From Octopus bimaculoides (taxonomy: Eukaryota), in assembly GCF_001194135.2 (NCBI RefSeq), contig NC_068992.1, forward strand, positions 29,086,340-29,144,418: DNA of 58,079 bases, read 5' to 3'. The position numbers were made by a program, and so were the translations under genes. The number at the start of each line of letters is the position of its first letter. Positions within the stretch are counted from its first letter, which is position 1. The notes beneath the pieces were generated by a model that saw only the letters and a list, made by a program, of their open reading frames with translations, ran no database searches and was not told the origin of the DNA. Of the stretch, positions 1-11,875 are shown in pieces.

Positions 1-409
1 TATATATATATATACGTATGTATGTATATATGTATGTATGTATATATGTATGTATACAATTTAGATAAACTTAGGTATGTTTCATCCGAAACTTGTCCCA
101 GGTTATGTCTAATTTAACAGCACCAATTTATAGAATCCTAGGCCTATTCATGTAGCAGAAGCTGTATCCAGGTATAAATGATTTATCTGGTATCCTTTGA
201 AGAGATCATTTGAAACTGACAGGTCTTTTTTTAAATTTGATTTGTTTTCGGATAATGTTACGTAAAACAGGGCCTGTTGAGGAAAAGTAATTGTGCTGGA
301 ATGCATTTATGTGTTGTGAGCCTGAATTGTGCAAATTATGTAGCGCTCATAGTGCTATTTATAAGAAAATAAAGTTTCAAATTTCAAGGCACCTTTAGTA
401 ATTAAGGTC

Positions 410-1620
410 AGTCATGCCTTTAATATTTTTATCGTTTGGTCTCTGGGGTGACTTAATTCTCGTAACCTTTTGTTTGATATGGGGAAACCAAGGGGACAGT
501 AGTATTCTAAGTGTGGCCCTTCAAAGGAGGAGAAGAAGTGGAATGAAGATAACCATCTCTCTGGACCGTAAAGATCTGAGAATCCAGGAGCGCATCTTCC
601 AAGCCATATCGACTTAATGGTTGATGTGAGCGCTCCAGCTAACAATTAATTACTCCAAAGTCTCTGATATTATTTGATGCCGTGAGTAGTTCTCCTGAAG
701 AAAGAAAATGTGACTGCTTCAGCGCATTCTCTTTTTCCTATGTACACGGGTTCAAATTTTTCCTTATTTAACTGCATATTATTTGCTGTGTGTTTGTCCG
801 ACTATAGGCTTAGATCATGTAGATTAGAATGAAGTTTTGTTCGGTCTTTTCCACAGATAACCTTTTGAAGCTTGGAATCATCTGAGAATATTTGTAGTTT
901 GCTGTGTTTGATGGCATTTGAGATGTCGTTTGTATAGATTAGGAAAAGAAGTGGGTCCAAAACAGTCCCCTGCGGAATATCACTGGAGACTTTTGCTGGA
1001 CTTTTGAGTTGATTCTATTTGATCTCAACTTGTTGGATTCTGTTCACCAGGAAATACTTTAATCAGGGCAGTAGTTTACGGATTAAAGAATAGAAACAAT
1101 TTTACAGGAGAATGTTGTGACCGATTCTGTCGAAGGTTTTGCTGAAATCAAGATACATAACAAAAGTATACGAGCTCTCTCCCGAAACTTTAGGATATCA
1201 TCAAAGTGTTTTGTAAAAAATGTGCTAGACAGTCTCCGCTGAAAGCCATACTGGATAGAATTTCGTAGATTGTTACTCACAAGGATGCCAGTTATCCTTC
1301 ATTCCACCACCCTTTCCAAAATTTCTGCAAGAGACTAAGAGACTAAGACTCGGATATGAAACGTTTTGGTATATAACCAGAATCTAAAGATTTTATCCAG
1401 ATATTAGTTAGAGGGGCTACAAGTTGGTGTCTGCATTCCTTCAGGGAACTATCAGAGCCTACTGCAGAATAAGGTTTGGATTCATTTATTACTGCGCATG
1501 ATGTTTGAGGCAGTGAAATTTATATCAGAAATATTATGCTGCGGTATGAGTTCCTTGAAATATTTTACTCAACATTAATGGGATCACTATCTAGCCAACG
1601 ATCCATCAATATTTAAGTTT
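410..1620 (-). mobile_element. CR1-clade LINE, decayed reverse-transcriptase region
   Basis: Manual minus-strand translation gives KECRHQLVAPLTNIWIKSLDSGYIP (~1370-1440), VMYLDFSKTFDRIGHNILL (~1100-1160), SSDIPQGTVLDPLLFLIYTNDIS and QIFSDDSKL (YADD-equivalent, ~870-990), and SWSAHINH..SWILRSLRS..PHLEYYCP (~480-645). Stops and frameshifts are present. Confidence 0.9.
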
Positions 1621-2135
1621 AATATAAATAATGATATTAACATAACCTAAATATAAAAATATTTAATAAACATCACTAATAAAAAAACGAACACCCTACA
1701 CAATATGCAACACAAATAAGGGAGCAACCCAACCAAAAAAAATGAATATGAGTAAACATGAACCCTTTAATACATGCACTACATTCGAAATCAAAATTAG
1801 CATACAACTATCAAAGAACATTACAAAAAGAAAATTCACGACCGTAACCTATTTTAAGACCAAACCTTAACTTCGGACAGCAACTGGGGTGAAGTTGTGG
1901 TCGGCATCACATACCTAAAAATAACAACACCCCAACCTCCGACAGTACTGTAACAAAAATTTACTTCAACCAGTTCATTTCGAGAACAACCAAATGGACA
2001 GACCCTGATGAAGCTGCACCGACAATATTGCAAGGTTGCAGTAGTCGCAGCAGTGATCATTATAATATGCTGTATATGACTATAATATTAATTTTGTGAA
2101 TGTACAAGTCTCCATACTCTTTATTATTATTAATA

Positions 2136-2522
2136 CAGTAGAACCTTGCAGTACGAGTGCATCATTGTACGAGTAATTTGCTGTACGAGCTGAGACTCGT
2201 GCGAATTTTTGTCTTGAGATACAAGCGGAAGTCCGCAGTACGAGTACACATGTCGTCCCATGTTTAAGGTACTTCAGTTAATAAAACCAGTTTACATATT
2301 ACTTTTGCATTCTGTATTTTTTTTTAATTGTCATTTTACTTGTAACCATATCTTTTTTTTTATTTAAAACCAATAAAAGTTATTTTTAGTGTTTTTTGGA
2401 GCTGGAACGGATTAATTATATTTTAGTTAATTTCAATACGGAAAATGGATTTGTAAGACGAGTAAATCTAAAGACAATTTCGGTCATGGAACGAATTAAA
2501 GTCGTACTGCGAGGTATCACAG
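2136..2522. mobile_element. pogo/Tigger-type MITE
   Basis: TA-flanked imperfect TIRs: CAGTAGAACCTTGCAGTACGAG at 2136, and GTCGTACTGCGAGGTATCACAG ending at 2522 (reverse complement CTGTGATACCTCGCAGTACGAC). No coding capacity. Confidence 0.7.
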
Positions 2523-2699
2523 TATTATATATATACACCCACAGGGATAAGTCGCTTTATCCATTTCTAATAATAGTAAACACTAATTTCCAAATGATTT
2601 AAAAGCAGAAACACGGTAACAATTACATCTTGTCGAATTAATCTTATCTTCTAACAGAATGACGTTTGTACTATTTTTAGCTATTACTTTTGTGTTATT

Positions 2700-3600
2700 T
2701 CTCCCTTTACCGCTTAATCATCGTTAAGCTAGTTTTTCTTATGTCATTCTGTTCATGGTTGTTGCCGATATTGGTATGGCGCGACAATTAACTCTTCAGC
2801 TACGAATTTTCGTAGTAGAGCAGTGGTTGAAACACGATAAAAATTCAACGGGTACAACTGCAGTATTTGCACAAGAGTTTCCTAATGATATTCCTCCATC
2901 ACGACAATCAACGTATGCTTTAGCTAAAAGGTTTCACAAGACTGGTTCAGTAGCCAGCAAGAAAAGAAGTGGGCGCTGGAAGAATGTGAATACCGATGAA
3001 AATAAAAACAAAATGTTAAGACTTTCTATCAGAACACACCATTAACATCTGCAGTTCGTGCAAGTTTGAAGTTACAAATACAAGTTTACGGAGAATAATG
3101 AAAGACATTCAATTGGAAATTTGGCGACCTCGTTTGCTACATCATAGGAATGATGACGATTATGACAGACGTGTAGAATTTTGCGAATGACTACTGCAGC
3201 TACTGCATGAGGACATTGACATCAGAGACAGAATAATTTGGACCTACGAAGCTTCATTTATGTTGAATGCTCATGTTAATTTACACAATGCTGTGTACTA
3301 CTCCACTGAGAACCCTCATCTGGTATTGGAGACCAACAGCCTTTCCTAAAGAATGTGTGTGCGGGGAGGAGTACGTTCGACTGGTGTATTGTATTCTTTG
3401 ATGGAACTGTCAATTCCCACCTATATCTCGACACGCTGCGTGATTTCGTCGTACCTCGGCTTGACACAGACAATGACATCTGGATGCAGGATGGTGCTCT
3501 ACCTCATTATGAAATACCGATCATAGGAAGAGCGAGTATTTTGGATGGTTTTGATGAGATTAATCCACAGCTTAGAAGAACAACATACCTCATATCCATG
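2700..3600 (+). mobile_element. Tc1/mariner-superfamily transposase pseudogene (DUF4817-type HTH plus partial DDE)
   Basis: ORF 2755-3045 has VFAQEFPNDIPPSRQSTYALAKRFHKTGSVASKKRSGR. Downstream frames give RRVEFCE, IIWTYEASFMLNAHVNLHNAVYYSTENPH and IWMQDGALPHY. Frameshifted and 3'-truncated; no TIR pair found. Confidence 0.85.
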
Positions 3601-3629
3601 TAGTTAGTTATCCAAAAATATTTTCACAC

Positions 3630-4070
3630 TATCTCTATGACAACCACCATTCACTGCAAAAGAGGAACCATTTGAAAGATTGACAAAACTTGTAGTAGCG
3701 TTAGAATATGCATAGAAGTAGTAAGAAACTTTAGGGAGATCTGAACAGTAGGAGATCTTCAGAGAAGAAGTTCCCCACCTCATGCAAGCAGGTTTTCGGC
3801 CCTAAACTTCTGGATACACCGCAGGATGGTTCAGATGCCCTATATCCACGGCAGCTTGGTGTTATAACAGTTTATTCGAAAACGGCAGCTGACTGTTGTG
3901 TAAGTTATGCCTTTTGAAATTCAGTTCCATCCCTAATTGACCAGATCTAGTTCGAACTCATCTCAGCTCTCTTCTGCCATTGTCTTAAGAGCTCTGGTTT
4001 TCTTCCAACAAAAACCAGAGCTGCTGTATGAAATTAATGGCAAATTTGAGCACAAACCCTTTCGCATCCA
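3630..4070 (-). mobile_element. CR1-like LINE fragment (EN-RT linker), probably the upstream part of the 410-1620 element
   Basis: Minus strand gives KLPWI and PKVSYYFYA, resembling the CR1 P.W and NPK.FY.Y linker motifs. Same strand and correct order relative to 410-1620. Confidence 0.45.
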
Positions 4071-4317
4071 CATATCAGTAGGATAGTGATTATAGCGTAT
4101 TGGTAAGTCAGCATCTTGTAAATCTGTAGTATGTGATGTGGTTTGTAAAAAATATCTTTATATAATATCTTTGATGGAGCCCATATATATATATATCATA
4201 GCATTTTATGTGATATGTTGCAAATAAACTGTTGCATCGAAGGAGAATCATTTTGGAAATTAAATACATACATGTACTGTTATATTAGTTTTTATTTTAA
4301 TATTGGTTTTAAATTTT

Positions 4318-4475
4318 GGCATTAGGCCAGCAATTTTGGAGGAGGAGTGGTCAAGTATATCGACCCCAGTGATCAATTGGCGCTTATTTTATCGACCGAA
4401 AGGGTCGATAAAATAAGCACCAATGTAATCGCATAAACTGAAACCCCCTAAATTGCTGGTCTTGTGCCAACATTA
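4318..4475. mobile_element. Two SINE 3' halves fused in inverted orientation (fold-back)
   Basis: Perfect 15-bp inverted repeat CTTATTTTATCGACC (4383-4397) / GGTCGATAAAATAAG (4403-4417). Outer arms are SINE tails in opposite orientations (GGCCAGCAATTTT.. / ..AAATTGCTGGTCTTGTGCC). Confidence 0.75.
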
Positions 4476-4500
4476 AAAATCAGAATTACTTGGTAATAAT

Positions 4501-4716
4501 GACCTCACATTTTGGTACACGACCAGCAAGTTCGGGAGAGAGTTAGGTCGATTACATTGACCCCAGTGTTCAACTGGTACTTATTTTATCGACCTCGAAA
4601 GGATGAAAGGTAAAGTCGACCTCAGCAGAATTTGAACTCAGAACGCTGAGATGGACGAAATGCCGCTAAGCGTTTTCTCCAGTGCGGTAACGAATCTGAC
4701 AGCTCACCGCCGTTTC
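4501..4716 (-). mobile_element. tRNA-derived SINE (family A) with 13-bp TSD
   Basis: Minus-strand head GGCGGTGAGCTG..GAGTTCAAATTC (B-box-like), body GGTCGATAAAATAAGTACCAG. TSD ACTTGGTAATAAT at 4488-4500 and 4717-4729. Confidence 0.85.
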
Positions 4717-5204
4717 ACTTGGTAATAATACTATACATTAATATTTTAAGCAACAAAATCTTTCCTCAAACACAGGCAACTCGTTGAGTAAATACGTTTT
4801 CATAGCAAAAAATGATTCTGGCAATATTCTGATATAAATTTCCATTATTCAACCTACTATATCACCAGTTCTATAAAAATTGCCTGCGGACAAGAAGATA
4901 TTAATTATAAATCATGTATAGAATATAAAGAAAAAAAAAATTGAATTCGAATTTCAAATTTCAATACTGCACTTGAATATATGATTGTTAGGACAATTGT
5001 ATTGATTACTTCTTTATTTTTATTTGTTTTCAAAAAAAATAAAAAAGAAAAAAAGAAAAGGAACAGGTAAAGAAAAGAAAACCACAATTTACTAATGCGC
5101 CAATGACTTGCGTGTGACCAGAATTTGTAAAACTGACGGAAGCACCGCGAGAAAATGTGTGTATGAATGTGTGGGTGCGTGTATGTTTGTGTGTATGTAT
5201 GTAC

Positions 5205-5290
5205 GTATGTATGTATGTATGTATGTATGTATGTATGTATGTATGTATGTATGTATCTATCTATCTATCTATCCATCTATCTACCCATCA
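5205..5290. repeat. (TATG)n/(TATC)n microsatellite
   Basis: Directly visible tetranucleotide tracts. Confidence 0.95.
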
Positions 5291-5656
5291 ATATATGTTT
5301 GTGTGTGTTTGTGCGTATCTGTCTGAGTGTATTGTTTGTGTGTGTATCTAAACATACGTATACATCTCTACATGTACATGTATATATAAACTCGCATGCA
5401 CATACATATATTCTTGCACATTCGTTCGGAGAACAAGGCTTACAGATTCAAAATAAAGGATTTCATATTTCAGCAAGTTGAGTGTGTTATGTTGTTTAAT
5501 AGGTGACCGCTCAACAGAGAAAAATTCTATTTGGATGCTAAAAGCGAAATAATAGCATTAACACAGTAAAATAATCTGCTTATAAGTAACTTACATACAC
5601 ACACACACAAATGTGTGCGTATGTATATATATATATATATATATATATACACGTAT

Positions 5657-5880
5657 AGACCAGGGGATACTGAAATGTTCCTGGCTTTAAGGATGTCGCG
5701 AAAGACCTGGTTAGAGGCCCAGACTTCCGAGTTCTTTTGGAGGGCTTAGCAAAACTTAAGGACCGCTGCAATAAGTGTATGAATTTGAGAGGGGAATATG
5801 CTGAATAAAACCATAATTAAGTGATCCTCCTGCATATTTTCTTTTACCCAAAACGAGGAACTGCTCAGCACCTCCTCGTG
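5657..5880 (+). mobile_element. Internally deleted mariner derivative (TIRs plus transposase C-terminus only)
   Basis: Left TIR-like GGGGATACTGAAATGTTCCTGGC; right end reverse complement CGAGGAGGTGCTGAGCAGTTCC. Between them EGLAKLKDRCNKCMNLRGEYAE*, matching the mariner C-terminal RW.KC...G.Y.E motif. Confidence 0.75.
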
Positions 5881-5904
5881 TGTATGTATGCAAATATGTA
5901 TATA

Positions 5905-6078
5905 NNNNNNNNNNNNNNNNNNNNNNNNNNNNNNNNNNNNNNNNNNNNNNNNNNNNNNNNNNNNNNNNNNNNNNNNNNNNNNNNNNNNNNNNNNNNNNNN
6001 NNNNNNNNNNNNNNNNNNNNNNNNNNNNNNNNNNNNNNNNNNNNNNNNNNNNNNNNNNNNNNNNNNNNNNNNNNNNNN
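5905..6078. other. Assembly gap (first of nine: also 11808-11817, 14092-14101, 23469-23602, 35924-36187, 43375-43880, 45594-45676, 49705-49884, 55404-55524)
   Basis: Runs of N, each abutting a (TA)n, (CA)n or (GA)n tract on at least one side. Confidence 0.99.
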
Positions 6079-6124
6079 ATATATATATGTATATATATAT
6101 GTATATATGTGTATATATGTGTGC

Positions 6125-6175
<51 letters not shown>

Positions 6176-6189
6176 CATATATATATACC

Positions 6190-6428
6190 TGTGAGTGTGT
6201 GTGCGCGTTTTAGTGTCTGTGTTTGACTCCTCCACTACTTGATAACCGGTTTTGTTATGTTTACGTCCCTGTAACTGAGTGACTCGGCAAAAGAAACCGA
6301 TAGAATAAGTACCAGGCTTAAAAAAGGGTAATGGTCTATTTCCTCGACTAAAATTCACCAAGGTGGCGCGCCAGTATGCCTGCAGTCGAATGAGCGAAGC
6401 AAGTAAAAAATAAAAGGTAAAAGATAAA
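6190..6428 (+). mobile_element. 3' half of SINE family B
   Basis: GTCCCTGTAACTGAG..CGGCAAAAGAAACCGATAGAATAAGTACCAGG matches the tail of the 9962-10440 copy. Confidence 0.75.
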
Positions 6429-6714
6429 AGATATAACGCACACGCTCGTACGCACACACACACACACACACACACATTATTTTTTAAAATAAACAATTAC
6501 ACGGTACTTCATTTGGTAGGTAAAACCTAGGTTCACTTCGCTGGGTCCCATACAGCATACAAAGTATATAATCAAAACATTATAAAGAAGAATGGAGAAA
6601 TATACATCTCAATAAATAGTTTCTCCCTACACAAACATCTCAAAGTAAATTGAGGCCATCATTTTTGAACGATTTATTTTGGTTTTTACTTTAGAAATTT
6701 GCTGGTCGAAGAAG

Positions 6715-7173
6715 AGATATACTTCCAACCGCTCTGCTATAGTAGCGCAATAAATGTGATACCCCACAGAGGTACTCCAACTCATTTGCAGTTGCTTTGA
6801 AACTTCCGGTGCCTTACAAAGCGGGATTATTTTCAACAATAGCCTTGACCGCCTGAACGCACCTGTCAGCGGGATTCTGTCGGTTCCTTTCCTTTGCTGG
6901 TGAATTGTACAATTACCCTGTTGATTGTGATAAGACGAATCCCAATGTTTTGCGCAATCTTACGCTGCCTAAGTCAACCCTGGGGTCGATCTACAACACG
7001 CTCTCTTAAAATTCAGGCAACTGGTGTTCGTGGCATGGTTAGTTGCTATAAAGAATTAATATATTTTAATCTGAAACGAAAACTAATGTGTCATCAACAA
7101 GTTTGAAGCATCAGAACTGTCAACACAGGTGTAACGATATAATTAGGGTGTCTATTTACCTTTGAAATACCTG
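6715..7173 (-). mobile_element. Tc1-like transposon, 5' fragment
   Basis: Minus strand starts with TIR-like CAGGTATTTCAAAGGTAAATAGACACC, then [37 protein letters not shown] (HTH) and KAPEVSKQLQ. DDE domain absent. Confidence 0.7.
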
Positions 7174-7174
7174 C

Positions 7175-7175
<1 letters not shown>

Positions 7176-7230
<55 letters not shown>

Positions 7231-7232
7231 CT
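7176..7232. repeat. (TATC)n microsatellite
   Basis: Directly visible. Confidence 0.95.
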
Positions 7233-7685
7233 ATCTTGTTAGCTAGCTAGATAACCGTAAAGGTGGTTGGCGGTTAAAGGATTTATTCAGTCATATTTTA
7301 CATCGTATAGAAAGAGGGGGAGAAAGAGTAAAAGAGAAATACATAAACAGTTACAATGCGAGGTGCAAGATGAGTGCTTGGTGGGAGGAAATTAATGGTA
7401 TACAGAAAAAGAGAGGAGCGAGAGAACATCATGGGGACAGAGTAAGAGGAGGAAGAAAATGACAAAGTAATTATGGCGGATACTTACGTATATGCATGTG
7501 TGAAACGAAAGATGTGCGTTGGCGTTTGTATGAGAAAAACTAAATAAAATTCTAAAGAATACATACATTTCTGCATATAGTATATACTACAAACATTGCG
7601 AAGACAGATTTTCATTTTTTCTATAGTTAATTTTCAAATGATTTACCATAAATTATTCTCCGTGTTGATATTATATTTTAGAAGT

Positions 7686-7687
<2 letters not shown>

Positions 7688-7771
<84 letters not shown>

Positions 7772-7830
7772 ACAATCACACCCATACAGACACACACGCA
7801 CGCACGCACACACACATATACACACAGACG
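7688..7830. repeat. (AC)n microsatellite
   Basis: Directly visible. Confidence 0.95.
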
Positions 7831-7890
7831 TGTGTGCACACACACTGACGCTCTCTTCCTCTCTCACATGCACCTTCATATGTATATATA

Positions 7891-8610
7891 CAAGGTGGTA
7901 TCAAAATGTTCCTATACTAGTTCTGTAGCGCGCCAAAAGGTGGCAGCAAACAGTTGCACGCGCAGTGAGAGCTAGCAATGACCTTCATGAGGCAGAGTTC
8001 CAAGTGACGTCGCTGTGTTTACTTTACAAATTGTGAAATTTGTGTTTTTGTGATCACGTGTACGTTGTAGTCTGCAATTTTTGTCATGGATAGGAAATTG
8101 GAACAAAGAGTCAACGTGAAATCTTGCGTTAAACTTGGGAAGTCTACTGGAGAGACATTGAGCATGCTCCGGCAAGCTTACGGCGGTGAGGCAATGGGTC
8201 GTACGCAGTATCTCGAGTGGTACGGGCGTTTCGAAGTCGGAAGAACATCCCTGGAAGACGATGAGCGATATGGAAGACCTGCCACGCGCGTCATCTCGGA
8301 AATATGGTGAAAATTCATCAGCTTGTGCATGAGGACAGTCAACAAAGTTTTGAAGCATTTGAGGGAGGACATTCGGCGAAAGTGACCGGATGTGTGGAGC
8401 ACGAAGATTCCTCACGACTTCAATGCACTTTGTCACCGAGCTCTCACCGCTTGTGAGCTTCTCACCAAGAACACCATGGTATCACTTTCGCACCCGCCCT
8501 ATTTGCCAGAATTAGCATCTGCGGACTTTCATGTCTTCCTTAAGATGAAAACGCAGCTCAAAGGTCGCCGTTTTAACACTGTTGTCGAAATCCAGAGCGA
8601 ATTGCTGTTC
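7891..8610 (+). mobile_element. Mariner transposon relic with internal deletion
   Basis: TIR-like CAAGGTGGTATCAAAATGTTCC after TA. ORF 8086 MDRKLEQRVNVKSCVKLGKS..WYGRFEVGRTSLEDDERYGRP (mariner HTH) is joined almost directly to HPPYLPELASADF..LKGRRF; the first catalytic D region is missing. Confidence 0.9.
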
Positions 8611-9823
8611 TTTCTATTAAAAAGCAACGTTGGCATTCAGTAATCCGAAATTGATAAAATATTTACTATCGAATGGAAATAAGTATTGGAATTGACTATA
8701 TCTCTCTATGACAGTCTTTCAGTATGGCCATAGATCAACGTCTCTATACAATGAAGATAAAATAACAAAAGGAATATTATAAATAGGAGTTTCAAGAAAC
8801 AGTGATTATTATGATGTTCTGGCCAATGTAATTGTTACAACAAATTAACAAAGAATGCACTTTTTACCGTCTCACCAACTAGCCTTCCTTTACGTCAGCT
8901 ACACTAAAGCTCTTCGTTTCTTAGAAGAAAGACTGACTGTACCTGTAACTTGAGGGCACCTATAACTGCACTGCACTTACGCTTTCCATATTCAATAAAT
9001 TTTATTCCCAGTTCTATAGCATGAGCTACAGCAGACTTTTGTTACTTTTTGGCAATTTTTTTTCATTTTCCCGAAATTAATGGAATTCGATAGAGAAATT
9101 AATCAAATCTTGTATTATGTGAAAATGGAAATTCAAACTAATTTTCTTAATTTCCTTGTTTTTACAACAATTTCCTGTTAAAACAAATATATCCAATTAA
9201 ACTCTACTTCGATGTGTTGTTGGTAGAACTGAATGATCAATGCACTTTCAGCGCTTCTAGCAGGTCCCTGGACCATGGAAACATCAGAACTCAGAACTAC
9301 ATGCTAAAAGAAAACACTAGTTAATAAATTAGCGCTTTTTAATGATTGAAACGTGTTTTCCTAATCGAAGGAAAGAAAGAACACACTAAGCTAAAGTAAT
9401 CGCTAGACGAATTGAGAAACATAAAGAGAAAGATACTGTTACTGGTAGGCAATATATGGAGCAGAGGACAATAATTAATAGTTGTATCATTTGACAGCAA
9501 TGTTGCCTGAACTTGTCAAAAGTATCGTGACTGTGGATACAATGCAGTTCTAGTAATGTAATGTTTACAATGTATAGATGTGTATATGAATGTATTTATA
9601 GATGTATCTATGTATGCATGTAAATATGTATGTTTGTGTTACATACTGTGGTTGTCCGTTGCCAAAATACGTGAAATATTCAATGAAAAATTTCATAGTC
9701 GAATAAAGGTTTCCTGTCAGCGTAAGTTGTTAGCTGTCTGAACACCTACTACAAGAGACGCTCAACATTGTTACATTTTTAGTTGTGCAAAAGAGTGTAG
9801 GTCTCTAGAAGAACTAAAAAACC

Positions 9824-9870
<47 letters not shown>

Positions 9871-9961
9871 AAGTGATAACATTGCTCGTAGTCGACTTGC
9901 AGCCACTATCATGTTCATTGCATGCATGTATGTATGTATGTATGTATGTATGTATGTATGT

Positions 9962-10162
9962 AGAGTGGCTGTGTGGAGGCTCAGGCATAACTGTGTGTTA
10001 AGAAGTTTGCTTCCCAGACACATGGTTCCGGGTTCAGTCTCACTGTTTGGCACCTTGGGTAAGTATCTTCTTCTATAACTTCGGGCCGACCAAAGCCTTG
10101 TGAGTGAATTAGATGGACGGAAACTGAAAGAAGCCCGTCGTATATGTATGTATGTATGTATG

Positions 10163-10235
<73 letters not shown>

Positions 10236-10440
10236 ATATATATATAGATATGTGTGTCTTGTATCTGTGCCTCACCACTGCTTGTGAACGGTGTTGGTGT
10301 GTTTATGTCCCCGTCAATTAGCGGTTCGGTAAAAGTGTCCGATAGAATAAGTACCAGTAATGGAATCGGTTCGGCTGACTAAAATTCTTCAAGATGATGC
10401 CCCAACATGGACACAGTGTAATGACTGAAAAAGGAAAAGA
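9962..10440 (+). mobile_element. tRNA-derived SINE family B with internal microsatellite
   Basis: Head GAGTGGCTGTGTGG..GGTTCCGGGTTCAGTC, CORE-like GGCACCTTGGGTAAGT, then GAAACTGAAAGAAGCCCGTCG, a (TATG/TC/TA)n insert, and tail CGATAGAATAAGTACCAG..AATGACTGAAA. Confidence 0.85.
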
Positions 10441-10487
10441 TAATGTATGTACGTATGAATGTATGCTTGTGATACATACTGTGACTA

Positions 10488-10685
10488 CCCATCTGAACAT
10501 ACCTGTCAATGCCATGTATGCCATAAGGACAGCAAACTTAAAGGAGGCCTCAAAAGGCATTTTAAGGTCCACAAGGATCAGAACTTAATTGCATCTCTTG
10601 GTGGTCCAAAGCAGATATGCAATGTATGTGATTGTATTTTCAAAATTTGTCTGGTTTAAAAAGCCTCATCAGATCTAAAGTGGTC
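10488..10685 (+). pseudogene. Two C2H2 zinc-finger remnants, probably the 3' end of an RTE-like LINE ORF
   Basis: CHVCHKDSKLKGGLKRHFKVH (C-x2-C-x12-H-x3-H), followed by CNVCDCIF(frameshift)LSGLKSLIRS. No TGEKP linker. Confidence 0.55.
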
Positions 10686-11679
10686 AGTGTCTGCATATGT
10701 AGTAGACAACATGTATGTATGTTTGTGTGTAAATATGTATGCATGCATGCATGGATGTATGCATGTATATATTTAAGTATGTATGTGGTGGTGGTGTGTA
10801 TGTGTGTGCGTGCGTGCATATGTGCGTGTGAGTATATGAGGAGACAACGCTTGAAAATAATTTCTTGTTTTATCTTCCGTTCCAAAGACGTTTTTTTTTT
10901 CATATTTTTGTATAAATTCTTTGCATTTTTCTTGGAATATAGACTTCATAAATCTACTATCAATGATTCTGAACCCACAGAAACTCAATTTTTGAAAGTA
11001 AAATTTTGAACACTCGGGTAGCCTAATGAACTAATTTACACTGTAAATCGATCATATTTTGGTTCGACTGTTTTTGTATACCTGCGATTTCCACACAATG
11101 TTGAATATGAACAATGAAACCCTCGTATGACTCACAGTGTTGCTGATGAAGACACGACGTGCGCATATAAATCACGAGTACATACGAACGTCTAACTACA
11201 AAACACTTGATTGTGTCAGAGAAGGTATTGAATAAATAATGTTTTTATTTTATATACAATTTTCAGCTTTATTTAATTTGAAGTATCTCTTCAATCCAAT
11301 TGTATTTATCTATCTAATGCTTTAAATCTACATCTTCACTTTTATTGGGCTCTGTTGATAATCGCTTTCCACAAAGTAAATATTTTCGATATTATTGTAA
11401 AATATCTATTCTTATAATTACTATATCTCCTCATTAAAATACCAAATTTTTTATTTCATTTCATGAAAATTTTAAATTGATAAATTCACTTCTAGTGTTT
11501 CATGCAGCAAATAACTAACTTGTAGATCTGTGTCTTTGGTGGAATGTACTGAATAATTAAGGTTGACGTAAGATTTTTCATTATAAATTGCTATATCGTT
11601 GCATTGTAATGGGCGGATAGATGGGTAGAGTGATCGGAGAAGAGAAAGATGAGAGAAAGAGAGAGGGAGAGAATATATA

Positions 11680-11717
11680 AATATATATATATGTTTGTAT
11701 ATATGTATGTATATATA

Positions 11718-11749
<32 letters not shown>

Positions 11750-11750
11750 C

Positions 11751-11807
<57 letters not shown>

Positions 11808-11817
11808 NNNNNNNNNN

Positions 11818-11873
<56 letters not shown>

Positions 11874-11875
11874 GG
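11680..11875. repeat. Compound (TG)/(TA)/(GA) microsatellite spanning a gap
   Basis: Directly visible. Confidence 0.95.

Noticed and set aside
2004-2060. CTGATGA followed by a GCTGCA/TGCAGT stem
   Set aside because: No GAAA, stem III or stem I, so it is not a supportable hammerhead.
1893-2100. IYFNQFISRTTKWTDP (WW-domain-like), and in another frame a C-terminal hydrophobic tail
   Set aside because: No correctly spaced first Trp, in-frame stops just upstream, and no convincing splice sites.
3735-3906. Plus-strand open frame ending at a GTAAGT donor
   Set aside because: It is antisense to the CR1 fragment and has a weak acceptor.
5108-6496. Long ORFs rich in YVCM, IYIY, HTHT or X (also at 11.6, 35.8, 43.1, 45.2-46.4, 49.4 and 55.3 kb)
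   Set aside because: They are translations of microsatellites and N-gaps, not proteins.
8981-9174. Minus-strand AG...GTAAGT-bounded segment
   Set aside because: Stops in all three frames.
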